A DNA stretch of 47,458 bases, from positions 1 through 47,458 of the forward strand of contig CACZPY010000336.1 of assembly GCA_902783135.1 (NCBI GenBank). Direction: 5' to 3'. This document shows, in pieces, positions 18,707-27,069 of the stretch. Under the pieces are notes generated by a model that ran no database searches, had not been told where the DNA came from, and saw only the letters and a list, made by a program, of their open reading frames with translations. Each line of letters starts with the position of its first letter. Positions within the stretch are counted from its first letter, which is position 1. The DNA comes from an uncultured bacterium. GTDB lineage: Bacteria; Verrucomicrobiota; Lentisphaeria; Victivallales; Victivallaceae. A program made the position numbers and the translations under genes.

Positions 18707-19696
18707 TCAATTTTTCAGGTTTTCCCAATACCACAAAACCGCCCGGTGCAACCCGTCGGCGGCATCGAACTCCGGTGCATATCCCAGCAACTTCCGCGCC
18801 CGGTCGATGCTCGCCAGACTGTGCGGGATATCCCCCGCTCGGGGGGAACCGTATCGCGGCGCCACCGCCGCTATTTCCGGATCGAACTTGGCGAGTTCCT
18901 CCCGGAGCGCCGCGTACAATTCGCCGATGGTCGTCCGTTCGCCATACGCGATGTTGTACACCGTGTCGACCGCCTCCTTCTGCTCCGTCAGGATCGCAAG
19001 TTCATTGGCGCGCACCACGTTGTCGACATAGGTGAAGTCGCGGCTGAAACTCCCGTCGCCGTTGATCACGGGCGATTCGTGGTGGATCAGCATCGACGCG
19101 AATTTCGGGATCACCGCCGCGTACGGGCCGTTCGGCGTCTGGCGCGGACCGAAGACGTTGAAGTAACGCAGCCCCACCGTTTCGAAGCCGTAGACGCGGC
19201 TCACGTTCAGCGCGAACAGCTCCTGCGCCCGCTTGCTCGCGGCGTAGGGGGAAAGCGGCTCGCCGATACGATCCTCGCACTTGACGGGCGACGCGTCGTC
19301 ACCGTACACCGAGGAACTCGAAGCGTAGACGAAACGTTTGACCCCCGCTTTTTTCGCCGCGACGACCATGTTGGCGAAACCGCCGACGTTGACGCCCCAC
19401 GAAGTCAGCGGATCGTCGATCGATCGCGGCACCGAACCCAGCGCCGCCTGATGCAGCACGTAATCGACGCCGGAGACCGCTTCGCGACATTTCCGCTCGT
19501 CGCGGATGTCGCCGACGATCAGCTTGAAGTGCGGATCGGCGACCGCCGACCGCAGGTTTTCCATGCGCCCGGTGGAAAAATTGTCCAGCACGACCACTTC
19601 GTTGCCCTGCCGGAGCAGCGCGTCGACCAGATTGGAGCCGATGAACCCGGCTCCGCCGGTCACCAGCACGCGCAAATTTTCAACGTGGGTTTTCAA
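18707..19696 (-). CDS. NAD-dependent nucleotide-sugar 4-epimerase (TviC/WbpP-like, UDP-HexNAc(A) epimerase)
   Basis: Motifs VLVTGGAGFIGSN, ..SPYAASK.. (YxxxK) and ..RYFNVFGPRQ... The TTG start directly abuts the stop of the upstream dehydrogenase, the usual pairing for TviB/TviC-type genes. Confidence 0.85.
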   Translation of the reverse strand: MKTHVENLRVLVTGGAGFIGSNLVDALLRQGNEVVVLDNFSTGRMENLRSAVADPHFKLIVGDIRDERKCREAVSGVDYVLHQAALGSVPRSIDDPLTSWGVNVGGFANMVVAAKKAGVKRFVYASSSSVYGDDASPVKCEDRIGEPLSPYAASKRAQELFALNVSRVYGFETVGLRYFNVFGPRQTPNGPYAAVIPKFASMLIHHESPVINGDGSFSRDFTYVDNVVRANELAILTEQKEAVDTVYNIAYGERTTIGELYAALREELAKFDPEIAAVAPRYGSPRAGDIPHSLASIDRARKLLGYAPEFDAADGLHRAVLWYWENLKN

Positions 19697-20992
19697 TCAC
19701 AGTCTTTCATCGACCGCTTCGCGGGGAAGAATGCCCTTGATGTCGTAAACTGCGACATCTTCACCGCCGAACTTTCCGGCATCGAAGCCGGCGAATTCGC
19801 GGTGCGCGACCGCAAGCACGACCGCGTCGTACTGATCGGCGCCCAGCGAACCGAGGTCGGATACGGTTTTCACGCCGTATTCCTTCTCCACCTCCGCCGG
19901 ATCCGCCCACGGATCCCACACATCCACCCGGCAGCCGAATTCCTCCAGCCCGCGTACCACATCGACCGCGTGGCTGTTGCGGATGTCCGGACAGTTTTCC
20001 TTGAAGGTGATGCCCAGCTGAAGCACTTTGGCGCCCAAGATCCGGTGCCCCTTGCGGATCATCAGTTTGACGATTTCGCTGGCGATGTATTTGCCCATGC
20101 CGTCATTGATGCGCCGTCCGGCGAGGATCACCTCCGGCAGATATCCGAGTTCCTGCGCCTTGTGGGTCAGATAATACGGATCGACGCCGATGCAGTGCCC
20201 GCCGACCAGTCCGGGCTTGAATTTGAGAAAGTTCCACTTGGTCCCGGCGGCCTCCAGCACGTCGTTGGTGTCGATGCCGATCAGGTGGAATATCTTGGCG
20301 AGTTCGTTCACGAACGCGATGTTCAGATCGCGCTGGCTGTTTTCGATGACCTTCGCCGCCTCGGCGACCTTCATCGAACTCGCCTTGTGCGTGCCGTTTT
20401 TGAGGATGCTGTTGTACAGCGCGTCCACCACCTCCGCGACCTCGGGAGTCGAACCGGAGGTGATCTTCTTGATCTTGGTGAGGGTGTGCTCCTTGTCGCC
20501 GGGATTGATGCGCTCGGGACTGTATCCGCAGAAGAAGTCGGCATTGAACTTCATGCCGCTTTCACGCTCCAGCACCGGCACGCACTCCTCCTCGGTGCAC
20601 CCCGGATACACGGTCGATTCGTAGATGACGACCGCGCCTTTTTTCATCGCCTTGCCGACCGTGTCGCTGGCTCCGTAGAGCGGGGAAAGATCGGGGCGGT
20701 TGTATTTGTCCACCGGGGTCGGGACGGCGACGATGAAGATGTCGCGGTCGCGCAGATCGTCCAGCGAATCGGAATAACGCAGCCGCACTGCCGCACGCAA
20801 CTCCTCCGGCGCCGTTTCCAGCGTCGTATCTTCGCCGTTTCTCAACATCTCCAACCGGGAGGTTTTCTTGTCGAACCCCACCGTGTCGAACTTTTTGCCG
20901 AATTCCACCGCCAACGGGAGACCGACATACCCCAACCCGATGACCGCGATCTTTATCTCGCCACTGTTGATTTTCCGCAAGCTGTTCGTCAT
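19697..20992 (-). CDS. UDP-N-acetyl-hexosamine 6-dehydrogenase (TviB/WbpO/CapL-like nucleotide-sugar dehydrogenase)
   Basis: Motifs IAVIGLGYVGLPLA, ..AVPTPV.. and ..GLVGGHCIGVDP.. (catalytic Cys). The ORF is trimmed to ATG 20992, which is preceded by GGAGG. Confidence 0.85.
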   Translation of the reverse strand: MTNSLRKINSGEIKIAVIGLGYVGLPLAVEFGKKFDTVGFDKKTSRLEMLRNGEDTTLETAPEELRAAVRLRYSDSLDDLRDRDIFIVAVPTPVDKYNRPDLSPLYGASDTVGKAMKKGAVVIYESTVYPGCTEEECVPVLERESGMKFNADFFCGYSPERINPGDKEHTLTKIKKITSGSTPEVAEVVDALYNSILKNGTHKASSMKVAEAAKVIENSQRDLNIAFVNELAKIFHLIGIDTNDVLEAAGTKWNFLKFKPGLVGGHCIGVDPYYLTHKAQELGYLPEVILAGRRINDGMGKYIASEIVKLMIRKGHRILGAKVLQLGITFKENCPDIRNSHAVDVVRGLEEFGCRVDVWDPWADPAEVEKEYGVKTVSDLGSLGADQYDAVVLAVAHREFAGFDAGKFGGEDVAVYDIKGILPREAVDERL

Positions 20993-21031
20993 CAATATCC
21001 TCCTTGATTTATTTTGATCCAAAAACGGCGA

Positions 21032-21577
21032 TCAAATCTCCAAATCCCCCGCTTCCCAGCGCATATTGATATTCCGCCCCAGAAACTCGAGGTTGATGAT
21101 CACGTTCAACGCGTCCACCCGCCGGACCACGATCGCATCGTAACCGCGAAACGCGCCGGACTTGATGCGCACCATATCCCCCGCCTGAAGCCCCGGATTC
21201 ACCGTGAGTTCGTGATCCGCCGACTGCAGTTCGCACATCCTGACCGCCCGGAGATCGCGGATCAGCGAATCCTCCTCCGCGGCGGAAAGGGTCTGGATCC
21301 GCCACACGCACTTGTTCGCGCGGATCGCCGGTTCCTCTTCGCGTTCGGCACAGGCGAAGAGATATCCGGAAAACATCGGCAGCCGGGTCTCGCGCCGGCT
21401 CCGGTTGTGCATCTCCACCTTGGTCATGAGCGGCAGATACACCCGTATCCCCGCCGCCGCCAATGTCTTTTCCGCCCATTTTTCGTTGCGCGGGCGGCTC
21501 AGCACCAGGCACCAGCGCTTACCGGGAAACTTTCGGAACGATTCCAGTATTTCATCGCTGACGCTGATGTCGGTCAT
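21032..21577 (-). CDS. NusG/RfaH-family operon-specific transcription antiterminator paralog
   Basis: NGN-like region: RWCLVLSRPRNEKWAEKTLAAAGIRVYLPL...RLPMFSGYLFA. KOW-like region: GDMVRIKSGAFRGYDAIVV. It is the first gene of the long polysaccharide operon. The start is taken at MTDISV (ATG 21577). Confidence 0.8.
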   Translation of the reverse strand: MTDISVSDEILESFRKFPGKRWCLVLSRPRNEKWAEKTLAAAGIRVYLPLMTKVEMHNRSRRETRLPMFSGYLFACAEREEEPAIRANKCVWRIQTLSAAEEDSLIRDLRAVRMCELQSADHELTVNPGLQAGDMVRIKSGAFRGYDAIVVRRVDALNVIINLEFLGRNINMRWEAGDLEI

Positions 21578-21722
21578 CTTTCTCTTCCGGGATCCGGGCA
21601 CGCTTCGCCGACATACGGGGCAACCCCCGTACGCCGTTCCCGCCGATGTGACGGGTATTCCGTCACGGAACGCCGCGCTCAGATCCGCCCGGCGAGCCGT
21701 GTGAACACACTTTAGAAAGCCG

Positions 21723-21750
21723 ATTATACAAATAAATTAATATAATTTAA
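21723..21750 (-). promoter_or_regulatory. Candidate promoter of the polysaccharide operon (perfect TATAAT -10, weak TTAAAT -35, 16-nt spacer), followed by a ~145-nt leader
   Basis: The minus strand reads ..ggtgTTAAATtatattaatttatttgTATAATcg.. inside the only strongly AT-rich patch between terminator 21836-21870 and the NusG-like start. Sigma-factor specificity in this taxon is unknown. Confidence 0.35.
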
Positions 21751-21835
21751 CACCTGTTTCCGAAAATACAATGCCGCGGGCGCGTATTTCTCCCACATCC
21801 CGCCTCGCAATGATGTGTCAAAGTTCTTCAGACAC

Positions 21836-21870
21836 AAAAAAACGGGAGCCGCGACCATCGCACGGCTCCC
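21836..21870 (-). terminator. Rho-independent terminator after the TIM-barrel/amidohydrolase gene set
   Basis: On the minus strand, 23 nt after the stop at 21894: an 8-bp GC stem GGGAGCCG / CGGCTCCC (21863-21870 pairs with 21844-21851). The loop is 11 nt. The stem is followed by G and a run of seven T (plus-strand A run 21836-21842). Confidence 0.75.
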
Positions 21871-21893
21871 GTAACTTCGCGACCGGAAAAGGC

Positions 21894-22706
21894 TCAGCAG
21901 ACGCGGACCACTTCGTCGAAGCGCTTGCAGAGTTCCTCGATCGACAAGTTGTTGGAGTGACTTTCGTTCTGCAGACTCTGCAGACGCGGCGCTTTCGCGA
22001 GTTTCGGCATGCAGCGCTTCCAGTCGACGATGCCGTCGCCGGGGACCCAGTGGCGATCCGCCTCGCCGTCGTTGTCGTGCAGATGGCAGACGATGATATA
22101 GGGCAGCAGCTCGTCGATGTAGGTGTCGATGTTCGCCTTGCGCCGATGCGCGATCACATTGGCGTGGGCAAGATCGAGGCAGCAGCCCAGATTGTCGGAG
22201 GCGTAGCGACGCATGTAGCGGGGCATCGTCTCGGGGATGTCGATCTCCTGAAAGCCGTTTTCGAGCGCGATCACGACGTTGTTTCTGGACGCGACTTCGA
22301 GCAGCGGTTCCAAAACCTTTCCCATGTGTTTTTCGGCGTCGTCGGGGGTACCGGGGTAGAGGTCGTTCAACAGGTGCATCGTGTACGAATGGACACCGAA
22401 CTCATTCGGCAGCAATTCGATGAGTTTGCGGTGCACGTAGAGACTGACCGGACGGAACTCGGGATCCGCCGCGAGCAGATCCCATTGACCGCCGAAGGGG
22501 GCGTGAACGCCGGTGAAAGTGACGCCGGCCTCGGCGATCATTTTTTTGACGCTGTTGACGAAACCGGGCGAAAACGCCATCCGCAGCGCGATCCAGTCGT
22601 TGATCGCGAATTTGGTGTGTCCGCACGCCGCAAAGCGGCGCATCGCCCCGGTCCATTCGTGTACCGCCACCCGGTTCCAGTCCCAGAAATGAGCAATTTC
22701 GATCAT
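21894..22706 (-). CDS. Xylose-isomerase-like TIM-barrel protein (sugar phosphate isomerase/epimerase superfamily)
   Basis: 270 aa. ..VVIALENG.., ..LGCCLDLAHAN.. and ..VCHLHDNDGEADRHWVPGDG.. form the metal-ligand pattern typical of AP_endonuc_2 / xylose-isomerase-like barrels. It is a paralog of 24405..25217. Confidence 0.8.
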   Translation of the reverse strand: MIEIAHFWDWNRVAVHEWTGAMRRFAACGHTKFAINDWIALRMAFSPGFVNSVKKMIAEAGVTFTGVHAPFGGQWDLLAADPEFRPVSLYVHRKLIELLPNEFGVHSYTMHLLNDLYPGTPDDAEKHMGKVLEPLLEVASRNNVVIALENGFQEIDIPETMPRYMRRYASDNLGCCLDLAHANVIAHRRKANIDTYIDELLPYIIVCHLHDNDGEADRHWVPGDGIVDWKRCMPKLAKAPRLQSLQNESHSNNLSIEELCKRFDEVVRVC

Positions 22707-22783
22707 TTGACATACCCTCGAATATTTTTCGTTTTGTCCGATGGTTTAATATAGCCGCACATAAAAAACTTGGCAAACATCTT

Positions 22784-22797
22784 CCGCTTCGAAGCGG
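22784..22797. repeat. Perfect 14-bp palindrome CCGCTTCGAAGCGG immediately after the amidohydrolase stop
   Basis: Read directly from the sequence. It lies 1 nt downstream of the stop at 22799-22801 on the minus strand. A T6 run follows only after ~15 nt, so it is not a canonical terminator. Confidence 0.3.
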
Positions 22798-22798
22798 T

Positions 22799-23617
22799 TC
22801 ACCACTCCGTGCCGAAGATCCGCTCCGCGTTGCGGTACAGGATATTGCGCATGTCATCCTCCGAGATCTCCGCCGAGAGCACGCCGCCGATCGCCTGATA
22901 TTCGTCGAACCACGGCAGATCGGTGCCGTAGAGCAGCCGGTCGCTGCCGACCGCGGAGACCAGTTTTTCGATGCGCTGGTATTCGCCGGGGATCGCGGTA
23001 AGTTCGAGCCAGACGTTGCCGTTGCCCTCCTTCACGATCCGTTCCGCCGTCGCCCACTCGTCGTAAAGCGAGTGCCCGATGAAGAACTTGAGGCGCGGAT
23101 ACGTTTGCACCAATTTCAACATTATCTCGCCGCCGTTGTATTTGGAGTGACCCCAAGTGTGGAACAGTACCGGCAGCGCCCGCTCGTCGGCGAACTTGAG
23201 CGCGTACTCCCACGACGGGTCGGTCAGCGGGACCTTGTAGTAGTCGGCGAGACACTTCAAGCCCACGGCGTATGGCGCCCACTTGTCGAACATCGCCAGA
23301 TCTTCGCGGATGTTCTCCGGATAGCGCGGCACGATGCCGACGTACATCCGGTACAGATCGGGATAGCGGCGGCAGATCTCGGCGACCTCGGCGTTGCGCA
23401 TGGCGCCGAAGAGCACATGGTGGTGCGAAAAGACGAGATGTTTCACGCCCGCGCGCCGCAGATGCGCCGCCATGCTTTCGGGATCGCTGCGCTTCATATA
23501 GATGCCGTTGTGCGTCCCCATGTGCCCGTGCATGTCGTAGACCGGAAAATCCGCACGGCCCTCATTCCAGAACTTCGCGGCGACGGAACCGGACTTTTCC
23601 CATATCGACGCACTCAT
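22799..23617 (-). CDS. Amidohydrolase-2 family metal-dependent hydrolase/decarboxylase-like protein
   Basis: 272 aa. Motifs ..VYDMHGHMG.., ..VLFHTWGH.., ..FIGHS.. and ..LLYGTDLPW.. give the His/Asp pattern of TIM-barrel amidohydrolases. The ATG overlaps the upstream stop as ATGA. Confidence 0.8.
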   Translation of the reverse strand: MSASIWEKSGSVAAKFWNEGRADFPVYDMHGHMGTHNGIYMKRSDPESMAAHLRRAGVKHLVFSHHHVLFGAMRNAEVAEICRRYPDLYRMYVGIVPRYPENIREDLAMFDKWAPYAVGLKCLADYYKVPLTDPSWEYALKFADERALPVLFHTWGHSKYNGGEIMLKLVQTYPRLKFFIGHSLYDEWATAERIVKEGNGNVWLELTAIPGEYQRIEKLVSAVGSDRLLYGTDLPWFDEYQAIGGVLSAEISEDDMRNILYRNAERIFGTEW

Positions 23618-24372
23618 AATTGCACCTCGTCAAGCAGTTTTTCCAAGTTCTTTCCGGCGATGAGCGCCACTTCGTCCGCGGCGAGTCCGCTCTGCTTGAG
23701 CTGGAGCATGCCCGATCCCTGATTGTAGAGCGGGTAGCCGCTGCCGTAGAGCAGCCGTTCCGCGCCGTAAAGTTCCGCAAGGTCGCGCAGCCCCTCCGGG
23801 ACCATATAACCGCCGATGGAAAAGAAGAGGTTTTCGAAGTTTTCGAGCAAGGGACGCAACTGCCGGTCGCGCCCCCATTTTCCCCAGCGCTCGTAGAGCA
23901 CGATCCGGTTGCGCGGAAACTCGCGCACGAAGTTGTAGGCATTGCTCCAGTCGTTTCCCCGCGCCCGGAACAGCACCGGGATATTCCGCTCGCGGGCGGC
24001 ATCCATGATCCGCCCGATGGAGAGGCGGCAGGGCACGAACAGATGGTCGTCGGGCATCAGCGTCAGCGCGCGGATGTTGCCGCGCTTCATCGCCGCGAAA
24101 AACTCGTCGCCCTGCGGCAGCTCCGGACACTGATCGGGCAGGATGCACCAGACGCCGCAGAGCCGGTCGGTCGCGGCTTCGCCGAGCATAGTTGAGAGCT
24201 CACGATTCGCCGCCTCCGCGCCGAGAAGTCCGCAGTTCCCGTGACGCACCAGCGCCCGGTCGACACCGAAGCGGTCCATGTCCGCGAGCAGTTCCGGCGC
24301 CCCCGGAAGGATGCCGATCGCCGGACCGCTGCCGATCTGACAATCCGCATCGAAGAAAAACAGTTCTTTCAT
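23614..24372 (-). CDS. Amidohydrolase-family protein (divergent)
   Basis: The track ORF 23614..25008 is trimmed to ATG 24372 (MKELFFFDADCQIG), giving 252 aa. ..LLYGSGYPL.. parallels LLYGTDLPW of the neighbour. The upstream 212 codons overlap the next gene in another frame. Confidence 0.7.
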   Translation of the reverse strand: MKELFFFDADCQIGSGPAIGILPGAPELLADMDRFGVDRALVRHGNCGLLGAEAANRELSTMLGEAATDRLCGVWCILPDQCPELPQGDEFFAAMKRGNIRALTLMPDDHLFVPCRLSIGRIMDAARERNIPVLFRARGNDWSNAYNFVREFPRNRIVLYERWGKWGRDRQLRPLLENFENLFFSIGGYMVPEGLRDLAELYGAERLLYGSGYPLYNQGSGMLQLKQSGLAADEVALIAGKNLEKLLDEVQL

Positions 24373-24404
24373 GAAAATATCTTCCCCCGAAATTTGGTTT
24401 TGGT

Positions 24405-25217
24405 TCAAATATCGCGGACGGCGTCGATCCGGCGACACCGTTCGGAGATGGTCATGTCCCCGGTGCCCGACTCGTCCTGCAAACTCTGCAGCCGCGGCGC
24501 GGTGCGGAGGAGCGGCAGCAGTTTTTTCCAGTCGATATTGCCGTCGCCGGGGAGCCGATGCGCATCTTCGCTTCCGTCGTTGTCGTGCAGATGGCAGACG
24601 ACGATGTACGGCAGCAGCGCCTCCAGATAGCGGTAAAAACTGAACCGGTTGCGCTTGGCGACGATATTCAGATGCCCCACATCCAGACAGAACCCCACGT
24701 TCTCTCCGGCATAGCGGCGCATGTACCGCAGCATCGCCTCGGGGTTGTCGACGACGCTGAAACCGTTTTCGAGCGCGATCACCATGCCGGTCGGCGCAGC
24801 GGCGGCGAGCAGCACTTCCAACTCCCTGCCCGTCCGTTCCAGCGCCTCGTCGAAGAGACCTTCGTAGCAACCTATCCACGTCATCATGTGCATGACGTAG
24901 TGGCGGATGCCGAAGATTTCCGGCAGAAGCCGGATGAGTCTGGTGTGAACATAACGCTTCACCTCCGCCGTTCCCGGCTCGTCGGCGAGCAGATCCCACA
25001 TCCCCCACGGAGCGTGGACCCCGGTGAAGACGACTCCGGATCTGTCGGCGATTTTTCTGATCCCGGCGGCGAATCCGGGTTCCAGCGCCATGCGGAGGGC
25101 CATGTTCTCGCCGATCACAAGCTCACGGTGACCGCATTCGGCAAAGGCGCGCATGTCATCCCCCCACGAATACTGCGCGGTGCGGTCCCAATTCCAAAAA
25201 TGGGCTATTTCAAGCAT
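24405..25217 (-). CDS. Xylose-isomerase-like TIM-barrel protein, paralog of 21894..22706
   Basis: MLEIAHFWNWDR.. parallels MIEIAHFWDWNR... ..VIALENG.., ..GFCLDVGHLN.. and ..VCHLHDNDGSEDAHRLPGDG.. are present. ATG 25217 was chosen by paralog alignment; ATG 25229 is also possible. Confidence 0.8.
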   Translation of the reverse strand: MLEIAHFWNWDRTAQYSWGDDMRAFAECGHRELVIGENMALRMALEPGFAAGIRKIADRSGVVFTGVHAPWGMWDLLADEPGTAEVKRYVHTRLIRLLPEIFGIRHYVMHMMTWIGCYEGLFDEALERTGRELEVLLAAAAPTGMVIALENGFSVVDNPEAMLRYMRRYAGENVGFCLDVGHLNIVAKRNRFSFYRYLEALLPYIVVCHLHDNDGSEDAHRLPGDGNIDWKKLLPLLRTAPRLQSLQDESGTGDMTISERCRRIDAVRDI

Positions 25218-25253
25218 TTTCGACTCCATCGGACCCGATATTGTTCTGCATAT

Positions 25254-25282
25254 AATATGCCCGCGGTCGTCCGGAATATCAA
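25254..25282 (-). promoter_or_regulatory. Candidate sigma70-like promoter for the TIM-barrel/amidohydrolase genes (TTGATA-17 nt-CATATT)
   Basis: Read on the minus strand about 25-35 nt upstream of the ATG candidates. It lies in the 268-nt divergent intergenic region. Confidence 0.3.
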
Positions 25283-25401
25283 GACCGGGGCCGGGCGGAA
25301 CAAAAAATATCTCCGCCCCCCGCCGTCCCGCCTCCGAAAAGATTTTCCGCGTCCGGAGAATCTTCTTTGAGGGAAAAAACGTCTGCCGGTACGCGGCGCG
25401 C

Positions 25402-25430
25402 TTGATTTAAGTGCTTTTCAATAGTATATT
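25402..25430 (+). promoter_or_regulatory. Candidate sigma70-like promoter for the lipid cluster (TTGATT-17 nt-TATATT)
   Basis: The -35 box is at 25402-25407 and the -10 box at 25425-25430, ~55 nt upstream of the KS start at 25486. This is the most AT-rich part of the divergent intergenic region. Confidence 0.4.
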
Positions 25431-25485
25431 TCCATGATTCAAAATAAAACTGCCGTGTATAGACAACACGGACCGGGCAAATATT

Positions 25486-26712
25486 ATGAAAAAACGCAGA
25501 GCAGCCGTCACCGGGATCGGTGTCGTTTCGCCGCTGGGGAACTCCGCGGAGGAGTTGTACCGGGGGCTGATGGAGAACCGCTCCGGCATCCGCGCCATGA
25601 CCGAATGGCGCGACGAATTCGGCCGCAACATCGCCGGAGCGCCGGTGGTGCTGGATCCGGTGGAGGTCAAAAAGATCAGCCGCAAGGTCCGCCGCACGAT
25701 GGGCAACGCCGCGTTGTTTGCCGGACTTGCCGCTCAGGAGGCGGTGGCGCAGAGCGGGCTCGACCCGGCGCTTTTCACGTCGGGCCGGGTGGGATGCGTG
25801 ATCGGTTCCACGGTCGGCAGCGCCTCCAGCATGACCGAAGCCTGCGTCGCCGACTACGAGGGTCGCCGCAACGACCTGTCGGCATGTCATTTCTTCCGGC
25901 TGATGTCGCACTCGTCGAGTTTCAACGTCGCCGACATGTTCGGGATCAACGGCCCGCAGCTTTCGACCAACTCGGCGTGCGCCTCGGGGCTGCAGGCGCT
26001 GGGCACGGCGTTGGAGCTGATCCAGCTCGGCAAGGTCGACGCGGTGCTGGCGGGCGGTTCGGACGAATCCACTCCGCTCGTGGCGGCGTCGTTCCAACTG
26101 CTGTACGCTCTGGCGGAGGAGGAATCTCCGGAGCCGGACAAACTGTCGCGCCCCTTCGACGCGGGACGCACCGGGCTGGTGTGCGGCGAAGGCGCGGGCA
26201 TCCTCGTCGTCGAGGAACTGGAACACGCGAAGCGGCGCGGGGCGCCGGTCCTCTTCGAGATCGCCGGATACGCGACCAACTGTTCGGGTTGGCACGTCAG
26301 CCACTCGGACGAACTGCAGATCGCCAACTGCATGAAGACCGCGCTCGCCGACGCCGGGATCGCTCCCGGCGAGGTGGATTACGTCAGTGCCCACGCCACC
26401 GGCACCAAGGTCGGTGACGCCGCGGAGGCGGCGGCGATCCGCGCGGTGCTCGGCGGCGACACGCCGGTATCGAGCCTCAAGGGGCACATCGGGCATACGC
26501 TCGGCGCCTCGGGAGCACTGGAACTGGCGGCGGTGGCGGGGATGATGCGCGACGGCGTAGTGCTGCCGACGCGCAACTTGGAAAATGTGGAAGACTGCGC
26601 GGGCATTCTGCTGCCGCGCGAGGTGCAGGAGCGCAAGCTCCGCGTCTGCATAAAAAACAGCATCGCTTTCGGCGGGGTCAACACCTCGCTGGTGTGCCGC
26701 AGTCTCGACTGA
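25486..26712 (+). CDS. Beta-ketoacyl-ACP synthase (KAS I/II-type, active-site complete)
   Basis: 408 aa with Cys in ..TNSACASG.. and His in ..SAHATGT.. and ..GHIGHTLGASG... Confidence 0.9.
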   Translation: MKKRRAAVTGIGVVSPLGNSAEELYRGLMENRSGIRAMTEWRDEFGRNIAGAPVVLDPVEVKKISRKVRRTMGNAALFAGLAAQEAVAQSGLDPALFTSGRVGCVIGSTVGSASSMTEACVADYEGRRNDLSACHFFRLMSHSSSFNVADMFGINGPQLSTNSACASGLQALGTALELIQLGKVDAVLAGGSDESTPLVAASFQLLYALAEEESPEPDKLSRPFDAGRTGLVCGEGAGILVVEELEHAKRRGAPVLFEIAGYATNCSGWHVSHSDELQIANCMKTALADAGIAPGEVDYVSAHATGTKVGDAAEAAAIRAVLGGDTPVSSLKGHIGHTLGASGALELAAVAGMMRDGVVLPTRNLENVEDCAGILLPREVQERKLRVCIKNSIAFGGVNTSLVCRSLD

Positions 26713-26773
26713 CGGCAAAGGGCAGTTGCGGCATGGCAAGGAAAACTTCGAAAAAAAAGGAGCTTTTTCAATT

Positions 26774-27049
26774 ATGGATCGCGAAGAGATAATCAAGGCG
26801 GTGAACTCGATCTTCATCGAGCGCTTCGAACTGGAGGAATCGGCACTCTCTCCCGAAAAGAACATCATCGAAGATCTGCAGCTGGACAGCCTCGATCTGG
26901 TCGACATGATCGTCGGGCTGCAGCAGAAATTCGGGATCCAGCTCCGCGACAATCCGGAGATCCGCAACGTCCGCACTCTCGGCGACGTCTACGACCTCTT
27001 CGAGAAGCTGGCGAAGGAGCACCCGGAGATCGCGGAAAAACTCAAGTAG
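26774..27049 (+). CDS. Acyl carrier protein
   Basis: 91 aa from ATG 26774, preceded by AAAAGGAG. It has the phosphopantetheine-site motif DLQLDSLDLVDM. Confidence 0.85.
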   Translation: MDREEIIKAVNSIFIERFELEESALSPEKNIIEDLQLDSLDLVDMIVGLQQKFGIQLRDNPEIRNVRTLGDVYDLFEKLAKEHPEIAEKLK

Positions 27050-27069
27050 TCACCCGGACGCCCCCCGCC

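Noticed and set aside
18665-21007. 780-aa plus-strand ORF
   Set aside because: It lies antisense to three confidently identified minus-strand genes (gmd end, epimerase, dehydrogenase). It is Arg/Asp/Val/Gly-rich with no recognisable motif. This is a typical high-GC shadow ORF.
24373-25008. N-terminal 212 codons of track ORF 23614..25008
   Set aside because: This stretch overlaps the TIM-barrel paralog (24405..25217) out of frame and looks like Arg/Ala-rich noise. The amidohydrolase-like sequence starts at MKELFFFD (24372).
25453-25471. Small hairpin CCGTGT-atagaca-ACACGG 15 nt upstream of the first KS start
   Set aside because: A 6-bp stem is too weak to call a riboswitch or attenuator without conservation data.
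25279-26976. 565-aa minus-strand ORF across the first KS and ACP
   Set aside because: It is antisense to a KS with a complete C-H-H triad and to an ACP with a DSL motif. It has low-complexity Arg/Ala content.
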